Shown piece by piece: positions 41,201-49,865 of a stretch of DNA of 58,068 bases. The DNA is from a virus (taxonomy: Duplodnaviria > Caudoviricetes): IMG/VR virus record IMGVR_UViG_3300006947_000012, positions 1-58,068 of that record; one strand, given 5' to 3'. Under the pieces are notes generated by a model. That model saw only the letters and a list, made by a program, of their open reading frames with translations, was not told the DNA's origin and ran no database searches. Both the position numbers and the translations under genes were made by a program. How positions within the stretch are numbered: position 1 is the first letter of the stretch; each line of letters opens with the position of its first letter.

Positions 41201-43446
41201 ACAGTTACGAGATTGATGTTTTGGAAACCCTTATAATTTGGGTCAAACAAGTCTCTCCAGCCAGCTATTGGCTCTCCTGCAATAGTAGTTGTTCCTACAA
41301 TATCAGAATTGTGTCCAACACCACATCCATCAAATGCAGTAAACGTAGTTCCTCCATGCCAATGAAAAGGTTGAGTAGCTGAATACATCTGATTAGTTGG
41401 AAAATCCCAACTATCTTTATCTCCCCAAGCACAGCTTGAACTTCCGCCATAATTGTTAAAAACAAGTCCGTGGCATTCTACAGCATTATCTTGAAATCCA
41501 GTTACTACATCTCTAAACATAACAGTCTCACTAGCACTACCAGTTGACCCTGTTATGTGCAAATTAAAGTAAAGATTATCTTCTGTAGCATCAATTTTAC
41601 TAGTAGTATCTAAACTCAAAGGCCTCCAATGAGGGGCTGCTACAGGAGTTTTTACAACTAGTATAGTCTTGCTTCTATGGTTGTAATTAGGAGTTAGTTC
41701 ATCTGGGTATCCTATATAAGCAGTTTCTTTAAGAATATGCATTTGCATCTGGTTAAGGAGTACCCTATCCCACGGATTTCTATCGCTATGGGTAAAATTG
41801 TAGTCCCACCAGTTACTATCTAGTTGCTCAAATTTTCCGTCTAAAACACCTCCAAGTATTTGTGCGTACTCAGGATTTTCTTTTAGAGCTGTTAGTTTAG
41901 AAGCAGGATCTCCAACTTCGTTGGACCAAAATTCTGTAGGTTGGTGCTGCATACCTGTATTAGACTGGGCAACAGGATGCTCGGCATTATAATATTTTTG
42001 TATTAGTTTAGAAGGAGAATCACTCATATAACTACTACCCTGAATTCCAGAATAATTTTTTCCATCATTTGCAGGACCTCCTGTTGTATTGAATGAATAT
42101 GCGCTACCAAATACTTTTTGAAAAGCTACGGACATATGATCTAGGTGAAGTTTAAAATCTAGATTATTGTATTCAAATTTTGCATTAGCTTTTTGTGCAG
42201 TTGTAGTAGGGAATATAATAATTGCATAGTAAGACATACAATCTGTACCTCCACCCCTCGTTTCTTCAGGATGAGGAACTATATTTTTAGCTGCTAAAAA
42301 TGGCCTATTAAATGATGCGTCAGGGCCTGTAGGATAAGGTAAGTTAGAATACATACCTCCAGAAAATTTTGATGTAACTTCAACTGCAGATGTCCCAGAG
42401 TTAGTTGCATTAACAGGCATATTATGACCCCAATCACTACCGTCATTAACGAGTGTGTATCCAGGTTCTTTATATCCTATAAAAGCACCAGCTCCGTAAT
42501 AACTACCACTATTACCATGAGCAATAAAGTCATCCATTGCCCTACCTACCTGATACATGGATGTATTATTTTCATCCTGATTATGTGTATAATCACCAAG
42601 AGCATCAGTCCAAGGATTTAACGCAAAATGACCGTGATAATCCATAGTATCATTATACGGGCCTTTACCTTGCTGAGAAACTGCTGTACCATTTAAATTA
42701 AAGTAAGCTCCAGTAGATAGATTTGCATATCTATTGTCTGCGTAGTTATACTGCCCAGCGGCATTGCCAGCACAAGAGTTACACTTTCTATTAGGAGTGC
42801 AGTAAGAACAATCAAAAGCATCTAGATCATTACCCTCATGATCTTGAATATCACCGTCTTCTTTTGGAGCTTCATTGCCCCCTATATTTCCATTAGTGCA
42901 ATGCGCCATACTAAGCCATCCACTAGTGTAATTAAAAGATCCACCAAAACCATCATCGTAATCCTTAGCTGCCGGAGTACAAGATGTAGCAGTATACCGA
43001 TGTAAATGTGTTAAATTAGGAACACAAGCGCCTGCCCCCATAAGAGAATTGCCGTCAAAACTGCCTGAAGCTAGAGTAAAAGTAGGGCATCCCCCTGGCA
43101 AAACAGCTTCTTTTTTTTGACCGTATGTCATAGGACTAGTACAACCTCCACCTTGAGACCCACCTGAAACAAAAGAATTCCCAAAACCTTCATTAGTAAG
43201 AGAATTTCCCCAAGTACTGCTAAAAGGATACAGCTCATTCCATACATTATTTGGAGCAGCGCGGTTAGGACATATCCAACTTTGACGCTCAAGCTGAAAA
43301 CTTGCGCTATCAAGTTTAACTATTGCAAATTTTAATCCTCCGCTATCTAATACAAATGGAAAATAATCTTGTTCATTAGTAGATTTATAATCCGATCCAG
43401 ACGTATGTCTAGGGGGTAATTGAGGGTACCAAGCATATCCAGCCAT
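35212..43446 (-). CDS. Giant Cys/Gly/Thr-rich protein with SprB-like repeats, likely tail-attached adhesin, 2744 aa
   Basis: e.g. CGAGSSSGSITLAPTGGSGSYTYQWS...LTSITVGTYTVVITDSNNC, with several degenerate copies; no N-terminal signal peptide. Confidence 0.7.
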   Translation of the reverse strand: MAGYAWYPQLPPRHTSGSDYKSTNEQDYFPFVLDSGGLKFAIVKLDSASFQLERQSWICPNRAAPNNVWNELYPFSSTWGNSLTNEGFGNSFVSGGSQGGGCTSPMTYGQKKEAVLPGGCPTFTLASGSFDGNSLMGAGACVPNLTHLHRYTATSCTPAAKDYDDGFGGSFNYTSGWLSMAHCTNGNIGGNEAPKEDGDIQDHEGNDLDAFDCSYCTPNRKCNSCAGNAAGQYNYADNRYANLSTGAYFNLNGTAVSQQGKGPYNDTMDYHGHFALNPWTDALGDYTHNQDENNTSMYQVGRAMDDFIAHGNSGSYYGAGAFIGYKEPGYTLVNDGSDWGHNMPVNATNSGTSAVEVTSKFSGGMYSNLPYPTGPDASFNRPFLAAKNIVPHPEETRGGGTDCMSYYAIIIFPTTTAQKANAKFEYNNLDFKLHLDHMSVAFQKVFGSAYSFNTTGGPANDGKNYSGIQGSSYMSDSPSKLIQKYYNAEHPVAQSNTGMQHQPTEFWSNEVGDPASKLTALKENPEYAQILGGVLDGKFEQLDSNWWDYNFTHSDRNPWDRVLLNQMQMHILKETAYIGYPDELTPNYNHRSKTILVVKTPVAAPHWRPLSLDTTSKIDATEDNLYFNLHITGSTGSASETVMFRDVVTGFQDNAVECHGLVFNNYGGSSSCAWGDKDSWDFPTNQMYSATQPFHWHGGTTFTAFDGCGVGHNSDIVGTTTIAGEPIAGWRDLFDPNYKGFQNINLVTVLPIQYTGFDFWISDSNTPPVYGSFESGSGNSYVANTGSQQGCWFEFDGRINFDGSVLLDSSNPHDSWAVRYEARPYHATYLNSAGHARYNSTARYFFEVITNNTTQGSNSKSPIAAVTTYDINDTTTPGVFNGLPKTSGANGLTDAVAHLRYIGVYHVFDAAVGLTYFYNNKPVPAVDRFREVFQFVKNVNHNTGAVLWGDVNANSDYLMWRLNSGFKAIQTSAPTAKHKNNWAMQTGNGMIYNSNYIPTCAIGSSITNSQATCAGNDGQLTMSFSGPATPWVDFELKNYNTSSVVYVDYLGGNVWEYRNPQTPNSSNDVFCTCSASPGSIPITSLPSYTLINIPGGTSFDFEAHTSFSDGACEFRLDNYVVGSIGNEFLFTSNSWNNTSGPCNSSVMHAITLDATNVSGGSDSNSGDLIGTVFEHLPNGDTQILLNFIPWTSSNTVTNSNGTTIPLLNSYGGSASCLSGNCGGVTSNGDNASILLFIPITQTLVSTDYTVVFHRNASDSIIGDLNVSSILNDSCAITDTITVACTGLTMGLSLMKGPCNVSDPYEWLQGVSWGNLADANGVMPNGLSPLQTGKLEVTGMGSDTIGYYEFLSVTGVILATHGPGSAGTVLAGIAPGTYSVNYYFDFSTYQLGVVDQNVSKTYTAGNGGIICTQPTGTSPVGCGGGLGGTLSGFDVDNINCNNNSWSTCASGGGVPTYTYTDNPNPFVWNDSLDRFDAFNINGSTLITPTLSSYFTNVPAGVWYMVAKNGCGCVIMSNAITIGATINTAFNLSTAAPACAGGNTTVTALITTGIPPFSYSWSSTDPSFVAPAVVFTTNTSSVVTASGVFDYIVAVNDQTGCPVTTKTITAATVPGPILPNSIQSNIGCGAGSSSGSITLAPTGGSGSYTYQWSGNSSATSQNLTSITVGTYTVVITDSNNCTATETFVLISLGSAEIFIDINNYEYNKIFDNTTTNTTANNLLYGMYGGPTCAGGGSDGNIRLMLDSSTPTGTFPYDVYIKPSGGGSYQQVTNSSGTNLSITSVQAYDTPTGNIVSTGLAYDTSNVASNTYFQITGGAGGDKAGGSNLQFTGGSSWDIKLVENGGTGQCDSLHTATILASDYQNVVATTTHVDPTCCGCSSFGASGVNTCNGSINLTPTLGTYENQILTVVYTYLWGYVGLPNTCSIVGHANVNTQWSSVTTQDLSAVQWPGKYTCIVTDSCGGVSAPITELQDPIVYIDDITWVHPTCIDCPDGSITITTHGGNGAIEVSIDNGNTYTAVTGTYTFTGLLGGIKSIWVRDGSGCASEYFADPDDQTVLSSYDNNCHADFESCLISVSGTWVPTTNLQTLGLSAGAAFTEGSCTKIELIPLSNFTDANACVTSHCQFPGDTAGAISLNLVGGTPPYTISAVATSGPVYSALTGLTNCTGIGPLDQEPDKCTLTGTVIPSIGLNNNIWGISEDSGLTYSDFDAATHYTTSATSFMIQDVSVSLDLGGSFLGAQYRFYVQDSAGCVQISTVGIDNGIFGLISIYGAINCDCVCPIGYELDLVPGSATNGECISTEIEPIIANTITPDYWTLIPNLYLGQATPVNFASNGAILYGPYDVLTGIVNYASSININVNALPLIRDLATTGSNLLVMNDASGPLIGADITAVNSISNVWNTRLNQIAIWRNSGTVGVFPVSPQNEFIGVITEINFGTTQESIIAISGSEEVKMYIDGVEYIHLDATTGNATTIADNTDYVNLFPVVLPSGLHSLSFQAMNTTSTDAFLAFEVYPNKLGFGAQAGAFFAAAMLSPTFTIGDLTSNILTDNANNPLSSSSYDNIEIQIGTTIGYSCPTIGTTVQLSGSSLFCISDVTAPCEVPLDCGACYDDEGFPNTTYTKKGPCVSATDNTGFITNNVWVTDDSALADLVECPGTLANEALSKIHGALASNVLDVRQVWLTIMIKHMLQNLNICFSLADIQDSFTGYLDEVCPTCSVGDQLTPAQMEAVVSQIFNANNSNFDF

Positions 43447-43459
43447 AATTTTTTATATT

Positions 43460-44023
43460 TTAACAGTTACAAGAGCAATTTTCTGAACCACAAATAGATT
43501 TAGCTTTTAGATACTCGTCTATTGATTTTTCATAAAGTGTGTTTGTTTGCACACATCCAGCAACATTAACCTTAGCTCCATTAAGGAGTAAGTATATTTT
43601 TGTTATATCTGAAAGTATACTAGTACATTCTTTACATTCTGTGCACTTACATTTCAGTAATTCTTTTGTTTTTTTACCTAGACAACAATTAATATCACAC
43701 ATCCCTACTGCTCCTAATTCATATATTGTGTCAGCTGCCCCTAATAAGCCGGGCACAGTAACAACTATTTTAAAAATACCATTAAAATGAGAATAGGTAG
43801 TAGTTGAATCACCGCTGCCGTCTATAAAATTATCTATAGATAAAACTAATTGTCCGGCTGCTGATAATGTTGTTATTGGAGAATAAGGAGTAATTAACTC
43901 TCTAGGTATAGATACAGAGGAAACGCTGTTCCAATAAATATCTACTTGGGCTCCGGAGTAATCTGATCCTCCTACTATTGTAATAGTTGCGCAGTCTCCT
44001 GATATGTTTGCTTCTAAAGCCAT
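43460..44023 (-). CDS. Putative tail hub/fibre-attachment protein with Cys-rich C-terminus, 187 aa
   Basis: Follows the auxiliary capsid gene; ends CGSENCSCNC; assignment from synteny. Confidence 0.5.
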   Translation of the reverse strand: MALEANISGDCATITIVGGSDYSGAQVDIYWNSVSSVSIPRELITPYSPITTLSAAGQLVLSIDNFIDGSGDSTTTYSHFNGIFKIVVTVPGLLGAADTIYELGAVGMCDINCCLGKKTKELLKCKCTECKECTSILSDITKIYLLLNGAKVNVAGCVQTNTLYEKSIDEYLKAKSICGSENCSCNC

Positions 44024-44047
44024 AAATTTTTATTTTTTTACTTATTG

Positions 44048-44055
44048 CAAAAATA
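44048..44055 (-). promoter_or_regulatory. -7 promoter element TATTTTTG
   Basis: TAnnTTTG followed by C, ~25 nt upstream of the 44023 ATG; overlaps the terminator U-tract. Confidence 0.5.
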
Positions 44056-44084
44056 TAAAAATTAGGGGACTTTCACCCCTAATT
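44050..44084 (-). terminator. Intrinsic terminator after the auxiliary capsid gene
   Basis: Minus strand AATTAGGGG-TGAAAGT-CCCCTAATT 9-bp stem followed by TTTATATTTTT. Confidence 0.75.
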
Positions 44085-44103
44085 CTTACATTAATTTACT
44101 TTA

Positions 44104-45114
44104 TTATGCTGAATAAAGAACTTGTTTCAATCCGTCAGCACTAGCAGAAGCTAATCCTTCAAAATGATCTTCAATAACACCTGTTCCTGCATCTGTCCAT
44201 CCTGCTGGAAGATATAGTTCAATAACTTGGTTATCCATAGCGTTAGTTGCGTCTTGTCTTATTCCTCCGTCACAAGTAATTGTTATTACATCATAAGTTC
44301 CTGTTGCTACTGCAAATAATTCAGGTCCTGTTTGAGCGAAGTGAATTCTATTGTGGTGCGCACCTTTATGGTGTCTAGCTTTCTTTTCAGCTTGTACAGC
44401 TTGCCATCCGTTACCACAACCTTCTGTAGCTCCGTAAGTACCTACTAAAGTTCCACCTGATACAGTAATAGTTGTAGTACTAGTGTCAATAACTTGAAAA
44501 CCAATTCCATACTCTTTAGCAGTAATTAGAACTTGACCTGCACCTCCAGAAACAGCTGTTACAATTGCTGAAGTATCTGCATTAATTGCAGCTACTAAAC
44601 CGTTAGCTATTTCAGTTACAGTACCAGAAGCGTCAGTTACAAATTCATAACTTTGAATTCTACCAACTCTGTCGTAAGAATCTCCTGAAGGATTTATAGA
44701 ATCTTCATAATTACTAGATCCAGCTCTTTGAACTATCTTAAGTCCCCAAGTAGAATTGTTCAGTGCAGCTGAATTATTGATTGTAGCATTAGCATTAGCT
44801 GCTTTAAGTCCTGCTTTATACATTTGAGATGTAACAGACTTTACTCTCACTGTTTCTAAAAGCCCAGTTCCATTAGGATACCCGCTAGTTGTTCCTTGAA
44901 CAAGTTGAAATCTAGTCATTCCTGCGGCTAGAGCAGTAGCACTAGTTACAAAATTTTCTCCTGCTCCAGTTCCAGCTAAGTAATCCCCAGTAGTTCCTTT
45001 ATCAGGGTTCCAAATACCAATTATACCTACTGGACCTGCAAAGGTACTTGATACGTTTAATGCGAAGTTTGCAGCTGTTCCTGTTGCTACTCCGACGAAT
45101 ACATGTTTTGCCAT
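44104..45114 (-). CDS. Auxiliary capsid protein (crAss-like), 336 aa
   Basis: Third gene after MCP, followed by a terminator; TEIANGLVAAINAD, VLITAK, GTYDVITI motifs; matches crAss-like gene order. Confidence 0.65.
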   Translation of the reverse strand: MAKHVFVGVATGTAANFALNVSSTFAGPVGIIGIWNPDKGTTGDYLAGTGAGENFVTSATALAAGMTRFQLVQGTTSGYPNGTGLLETVRVKSVTSQMYKAGLKAANANATINNSAALNNSTWGLKIVQRAGSSNYEDSINPSGDSYDRVGRIQSYEFVTDASGTVTEIANGLVAAINADTSAIVTAVSGGAGQVLITAKEYGIGFQVIDTSTTTITVSGGTLVGTYGATEGCGNGWQAVQAEKKARHHKGAHHNRIHFAQTGPELFAVATGTYDVITITCDGGIRQDATNAMDNQVIELYLPAGWTDAGTGVIEDHFEGLASASADGLKQVLYSA

Positions 45115-45148
45115 TTTATTTTTATTTTAATGGTTAATAATTTAAATA

Positions 45149-46246
45149 CTATTCAGATTTTAATACCTCCATATTTGTACTTTGGTATCGAGGATCTGAT
45201 ATGCCCTCTAATATAGTGTTTACTGTCATATCTACAACTTCTTGATGTACACTTACAGGTAAATCACAATTTACTGTGTTTCCGAAATCAACCGTTGCAG
45301 GTCTTTTTAAATACGTCATCTTTGCTGCTTCAACAATAAAAGTATCGTCAGTGTATATATCTAAACTAGAGTCTCTTATTGTATATAAAGGAGACTTGTA
45401 AGTTGTTGTGTTAAATGGATCTGATAATAATGTAAAAATATCATCATGCTGTGCAAACTTATTTTGACCTACTAGTGTATTTGTAGTAATGTCATCACAC
45501 GCAACTCTTTTAGTATTAAACTGAGCTATTCTTTTTACATATGTATGAGTTATACATGTTTGTTCAGATCCCCCTAGATTGTCATATTTATATTCTCCAC
45601 CTATACCAGGTGGTGTTTCGCTTGAAAGTAAAGTTACAACAAAATTAAACGCTCCTTCATTAGTAACAATTATATCGCCTATCCAATTGGTAGGATTTAC
45701 TAACCAATAACTTAGCTGAGTTATTGAAGCTAAACCACTGCTTGTTACTGTTGCTTGAATAGCTAATCCGTTTGCATTATAATAATACAATGCTATGTTA
45801 TTAAAATCAACACCTGCGAAATCTAAACAAGTACCACTTCCTAAAGAATAGTTAACTTGTGCAGGCACTGTTATAACTTCAGTCTCGTTGTAGCACATTG
45901 TTTTGCACTGTTGATTTCTAATCAAAGTTTTTAAATTAATTAAGTGCATATAATTATTAGGAAATTCACAAGTATCAGAAAAAATACCAGCAAATACTTG
46001 TCCTTTAAAAAAACATGGAACAGATTGTTCTACAATTAAAGTACGTATATCGTCTATTCTTTTCTGAGATTGTTCAAATCCTACTTGATACTTAGTACCT
46101 CTAGAGTTAAATCTTTGATTAATGAATCGTTGTATATTTTTGTTCAATTCTAAATCTATCTCTTCTGGTAAAAGTAAATCAGAATGCTGGGAGTTGATTT
46201 TGTCAACCCCCTGCTGTACTGATATATGCATGTCTCCTATATTCAT
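45149..46246 (-). CDS. Tail ring protein, 365 aa
   Basis: DKINSQ...LPEEIDLELN, GFEQSQKRIDDIRTL, YLKRP, CDLPVSVHQEVVDMTV: characteristic crAss-like ring protein motifs. Confidence 0.78.
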   Translation of the reverse strand: MNIGDMHISVQQGVDKINSQHSDLLLPEEIDLELNKNIQRFINQRFNSRGTKYQVGFEQSQKRIDDIRTLIVEQSVPCFFKGQVFAGIFSDTCEFPNNYMHLINLKTLIRNQQCKTMCYNETEVITVPAQVNYSLGSGTCLDFAGVDFNNIALYYYNANGLAIQATVTSSGLASITQLSYWLVNPTNWIGDIIVTNEGAFNFVVTLLSSETPPGIGGEYKYDNLGGSEQTCITHTYVKRIAQFNTKRVACDDITTNTLVGQNKFAQHDDIFTLLSDPFNTTTYKSPLYTIRDSSLDIYTDDTFIVEAAKMTYLKRPATVDFGNTVNCDLPVSVHQEVVDMTVNTILEGISDPRYQSTNMEVLKSE

Positions 46247-46264
46247 TACACTCTTAAATTAGTT

Positions 46265-47077
46265 TTATAATACTGCGTCTTTAAGTTTAGCTCTCAAAGT
46301 TGTTAATTGCCCTGAATTTTTTTTGTCGTTAAGGAATATTACAGTGTCTTGTAATGTATCACCAAGAACTTCATCTTGGTAGATAATTTGATTTCCTATT
46401 CTTCGTAAAATTTCAGCAGTCAACATCTCTTCAATTTCAGATTTCATTTTTAAATGCTTGTCCGTACAAATTCTTATGAATTTATCTGGAGTAGCTCCTT
46501 TTATTTTATACAGGTAATTTTCAATCTCCATGTCAGTTAACCTGTCTGGATTCTGATTACCCATTAATCTAAACACCCTTCTCATATCTTGCTTATTGTC
46601 TGATAATTTTATAAATTCTTTATCAGCATCTTTGAGTGTTTGTATTTTATTGTTTGCGCTTCTTAATTCTCTTTGTACATCTTGAATATAGAAACGTTTT
46701 ACTTTTGTAGATTCCATCTCATCTCTACTTAAAGCTACATGAGGATGTTTTAGTACCCATTTGTATCTTAACCAATCTTCAATATTTTCAGGCTCTCCAT
46801 CAGATGTTGTAGAAATGTCTAACGCTACTCCTCCCATTGGAACCATTATTGAAAGATCTGTCCAGTATCTTTTTGTATGTCTAGGCCACTCTACGTGATC
46901 TGGTCCTACATCTAAGATGCCGTTTAAATATTTTTTTTCATCATCAGCAGATACACCTTTTAAAGGTTGTCTACTTACATATACACTACTGATATGCATT
47001 CTTGATTCTGCTCTTACTGCTTTAGGTAAAAACCCTGTAGGTTCTTGCCTAAGAATTGTTATACTTCTTTTTCCCAT
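46265..47077 (-). CDS. Conserved crAss-like protein downstream of MCP, 270 aa
   Basis: Synteny; PENIEDWLRYKW, HPHVA, RFYIQD, VIFLNDKKN motifs. Confidence 0.65.
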   Translation of the reverse strand: MGKRSITILRQEPTGFLPKAVRAESRMHISSVYVSRQPLKGVSADDEKKYLNGILDVGPDHVEWPRHTKRYWTDLSIMVPMGGVALDISTTSDGEPENIEDWLRYKWVLKHPHVALSRDEMESTKVKRFYIQDVQRELRSANNKIQTLKDADKEFIKLSDNKQDMRRVFRLMGNQNPDRLTDMEIENYLYKIKGATPDKFIRICTDKHLKMKSEIEEMLTAEILRRIGNQIIYQDEVLGDTLQDTVIFLNDKKNSGQLTTLRAKLKDAVL

Positions 47078-47158
47078 TGTTTTGTTCTTTATTTTATTAT
47101 TAGATTAATTTCCTTTCAGGTGTGTAAGAATACTCTACCCTACTTTCGTTATGTGAAA

Positions 47159-47194
47159 TAAGATGGAGGGGGTTTTGACACCCCCATCACCTTA
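47159..47194. terminator. GC-rich hairpin downstream of MCP (possible terminator or mRNA stabiliser)
   Basis: TAAGATGGAGGGGG...CCCCCATCACCTTA imperfect inverted repeat; only a weak U-tract on the minus strand. Confidence 0.45.
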
Positions 47195-47243
47195 CAAAAA
47201 AACTAGATATATAGACTACGAATACGTTAGTAAACGCCTATAG

Positions 47244-48662
47244 TTAAACGCGTACACATTCTAAATCAATAGAAGTATCAAATCTTTTCAGAACGATACC
47301 TGCTGTTTTAAGCATATGTACACTTGCACCATCAATGTCAGAAGCTCGTAGATCACTTGATCCGAAGCCTGTTGGAACAACAGAACCCGCTACTGCCCAT
47401 CTTAAGTACTCACGTCCTTTCTTATTGATCATTTGAATGTTTGCTTGACCATCATAATTTGATGTATCAACAAATACCATTCTGTATGATTCTAAAGAGT
47501 AGCCAGTCACAGGATGTTTAGCTCTTGCTTGTGCTACAGGACCATGGTCAAACATTGGATGTTTAACCACATTTACTGTATGCCCATCAATATGGTCATA
47601 ACTTGTAAAGTAACCAGTCATTCCTAAAGAACGTCCTGATCCAGTAATAAAATGACTATCAGCATTAATTGTCCAACCATTAGCGAAACCGCCTGTGTAA
47701 GCTTTTAATGCATTGTCAAATTCTCTAGCTCCACCAATACCAGTAAACAATGTGATGTTTTTGTTGTTAGCATCACTCATACCGTAGAATAAATCTCCGA
47801 TAAGATTTGTTATTTTGGACTCAGTTAAAGTAGAGTACGTATCCTTATTGATAATTTGTTGTAATAAACCAGGTCCAGAGATTACAGGTTGCCCGTTTTC
47901 ATCTGTCATGTTTACTACTCCATCATTACCATAAGTTTTTTCTCCATACCAGTAAAGTAACTCGCACTCTTCCTTGAAAGAAAGCATGTGTAGATATTCT
48001 TCATAGTCCATCCACATTTTAGTTGTTTTACCTCCTTTTGTAGGTAGAGCAAATTCAGCAACATAGTTCTTAGCATTTCCTGCGAAGTGGTAAGATTTTC
48101 TAATTGTACCGATTTTGTTTCTAACCATACCTGGCGTAGACCAGTTTGAAGCATTACCTCTTGAGAAGTCAACTCCAACATTAGCATATAGTTGTCCCCA
48201 TATCGCACCAATAGCTCCTTCTCCACTAACAAGAGCTGCTGTAGCTGACGGATCTACTAATTGACATGTGTACTCATAATTTGAGCCAACACTTTTTGGT
48301 TCAGCCATAATTCTCACTTGAGTTCCATCTTGTGAAATCAAAGTGTATGGGAATATAAACCATTTGTCTGGGAAAGTTAATGTAAGAACTGACCCGCCCA
48401 CACCAGTACCAACCATTGCAGCTGCACATGGACGAGTGTTGATTGTGTGAGTTTTAATACGGTACTCATATTCCCATCTATCGATGGATTTAGAGTTACC
48501 AACTCCTTCAGTTAACATAGTTAACGGGAATTTTCTATCATCTTTTCCCGCAAGGTGTGTAATAATTGGAGAAAGCTCTGCTGGCTTTTCCAATAACGCA
48601 TTTACTAACGAATTTGTATCCGTCATTTGCGCATCATTGTAATAAGTTTTTAATACTTGCAT
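47244..48662 (-). CDS. Major capsid protein (crAss-like), 472 aa
   Basis: VRNKIGTIRKSY, MWMDYEE, GPGLLQQI, LFTGIGG, VVKHPMFD and ASDIDG motifs; size and position after portal and scaffold. Confidence 0.88.
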   Translation of the reverse strand: MQVLKTYYNDAQMTDTNSLVNALLEKPAELSPIITHLAGKDDRKFPLTMLTEGVGNSKSIDRWEYEYRIKTHTINTRPCAAAMVGTGVGGSVLTLTFPDKWFIFPYTLISQDGTQVRIMAEPKSVGSNYEYTCQLVDPSATAALVSGEGAIGAIWGQLYANVGVDFSRGNASNWSTPGMVRNKIGTIRKSYHFAGNAKNYVAEFALPTKGGKTTKMWMDYEEYLHMLSFKEECELLYWYGEKTYGNDGVVNMTDENGQPVISGPGLLQQIINKDTYSTLTESKITNLIGDLFYGMSDANNKNITLFTGIGGAREFDNALKAYTGGFANGWTINADSHFITGSGRSLGMTGYFTSYDHIDGHTVNVVKHPMFDHGPVAQARAKHPVTGYSLESYRMVFVDTSNYDGQANIQMINKKGREYLRWAVAGSVVPTGFGSSDLRASDIDGASVHMLKTAGIVLKRFDTSIDLECVRV

Positions 48663-48676
48663 TTTAATTTATTTTT

Positions 48677-49777
48677 TTAAAGGTTATTCAGGTTCAAATC
48701 TAATTTTTCTATATCAAATCCGCCGCTTCTTTTAGGTCGCGACGCACTCTTTGTTGTCGTAGTAGATTTAATTTTTGATCTCAAACTTTGGGCACTTTTT
48801 GTTTTTGCCTTAGTAGAGATTATGTCTTTTAAGTTAAAGCCTTTGAACATTAAATAGTCAATAGCTAATTTAACTTCTGTAGTAGATTCTTTATGTGCTT
48901 TTTCTCTAGCCGTTTTTCCATCTCCATCTTGGTCAGTTAAAAAGTCAAAAAATTTCTTCTTATCTTTTTCTTGTACAGTCAGCCCAGCAAAATCTTTTGA
49001 AGTTTGGATAGTCTCATTAATCTCATCCCAAAAATCTCTTTGTTTTTGTTGTGCTGCTTGTTGTTGTTTCTTTTCTGCTACTATGGATTCATCTCTTTCT
49101 TTTCCATAATATTCAGTTAATGCTGTTTTAGCTTTTGTTGCCTTATCAAATAATTTATTAGTATCTGTATAATCTTCTAATAATTCATTTACAAAATCAT
49201 CGTCGTGTCCTTTTAGTTTAAAGTACTCTCCAAGAACTGCTCGCTGTGTTCTTACGTCGTCTTGAGTAACTTTAACATTTTCAAAATCTGTTATCTTGTT
49301 AGACATCTGTAACCATTCTTCTGATTTACCCCCATTCAAAACAAAGTCTAAATGTTTTTGAATTTCTGGATGAGCTTGGAATAATCCATCTAATTGGTCG
49401 TCTGCTATTTTAGATCCTACAGCTTTAGCTAATTTAACTAAACCTTCTGATGTATCCTCAAATTCTTCATCAGGAAATTCATATCCTAACTGAGAAAGTA
49501 CTTCACTTACTACTGTGTCGTCAATTTCTCCTTCTGGTTCTGGATCCTCAACATCTTCGTTGGCTGTCTCAGCTTTAATTTTTTCTTTTTTAGGGGCCGC
49601 TTGTTCTTCTTCAAGCTTATCTTCTACATCATCATCAAGCTCGTTAAGAACAGACTCTATAGCGTCCTCTTTAATTTCTTTTCCGGGAGTTTCTACCGTC
49701 TCCTCTGCGGTGAGACCTTCACTAATGAAATCATCAAAAGTAATATCTTCTAGTTTTAATTTATTTTCGTCTGACAT
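48677..49777 (-). CDS. Acidic scaffold-like protein, 366 aa
   Basis: Very acidic disordered N-terminus, helical C-terminus, immediately upstream of MCP. Confidence 0.65.
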   Translation of the reverse strand: MSDENKLKLEDITFDDFISEGLTAEETVETPGKEIKEDAIESVLNELDDDVEDKLEEEQAAPKKEKIKAETANEDVEDPEPEGEIDDTVVSEVLSQLGYEFPDEEFEDTSEGLVKLAKAVGSKIADDQLDGLFQAHPEIQKHLDFVLNGGKSEEWLQMSNKITDFENVKVTQDDVRTQRAVLGEYFKLKGHDDDFVNELLEDYTDTNKLFDKATKAKTALTEYYGKERDESIVAEKKQQQAAQQKQRDFWDEINETIQTSKDFAGLTVQEKDKKKFFDFLTDQDGDGKTAREKAHKESTTEVKLAIDYLMFKGFNLKDIISTKAKTKSAQSLRSKIKSTTTTKSASRPKRSGGFDIEKLDLNLNNL

Positions 49778-49794
49778 ATCTATTATTTTTTATG

Positions 49795-49802
49795 CAAATT
49801 TA
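49795..49802 (-). promoter_or_regulatory. -7 promoter element TAAATTTG upstream of scaffold-MCP
   Basis: TAnnTTTG followed by C in an AT-rich intergenic gap, 17 nt before the ATG. Confidence 0.6.
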
Positions 49803-49865
49803 CCATTAATATTTAATTTATTTTTATATTTTTAGTTTTTTGGTTTTGTTATTACTATATAACAC

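Noticed and set aside
12587-48232. Short alternate-frame minus-strand ORFs (12587-12769, 23960-24235, 43128-43313, 47915-48232)
   Set aside because: Nested in well-supported genes, no motifs; none has a clear lipobox suggesting an embedded spanin.
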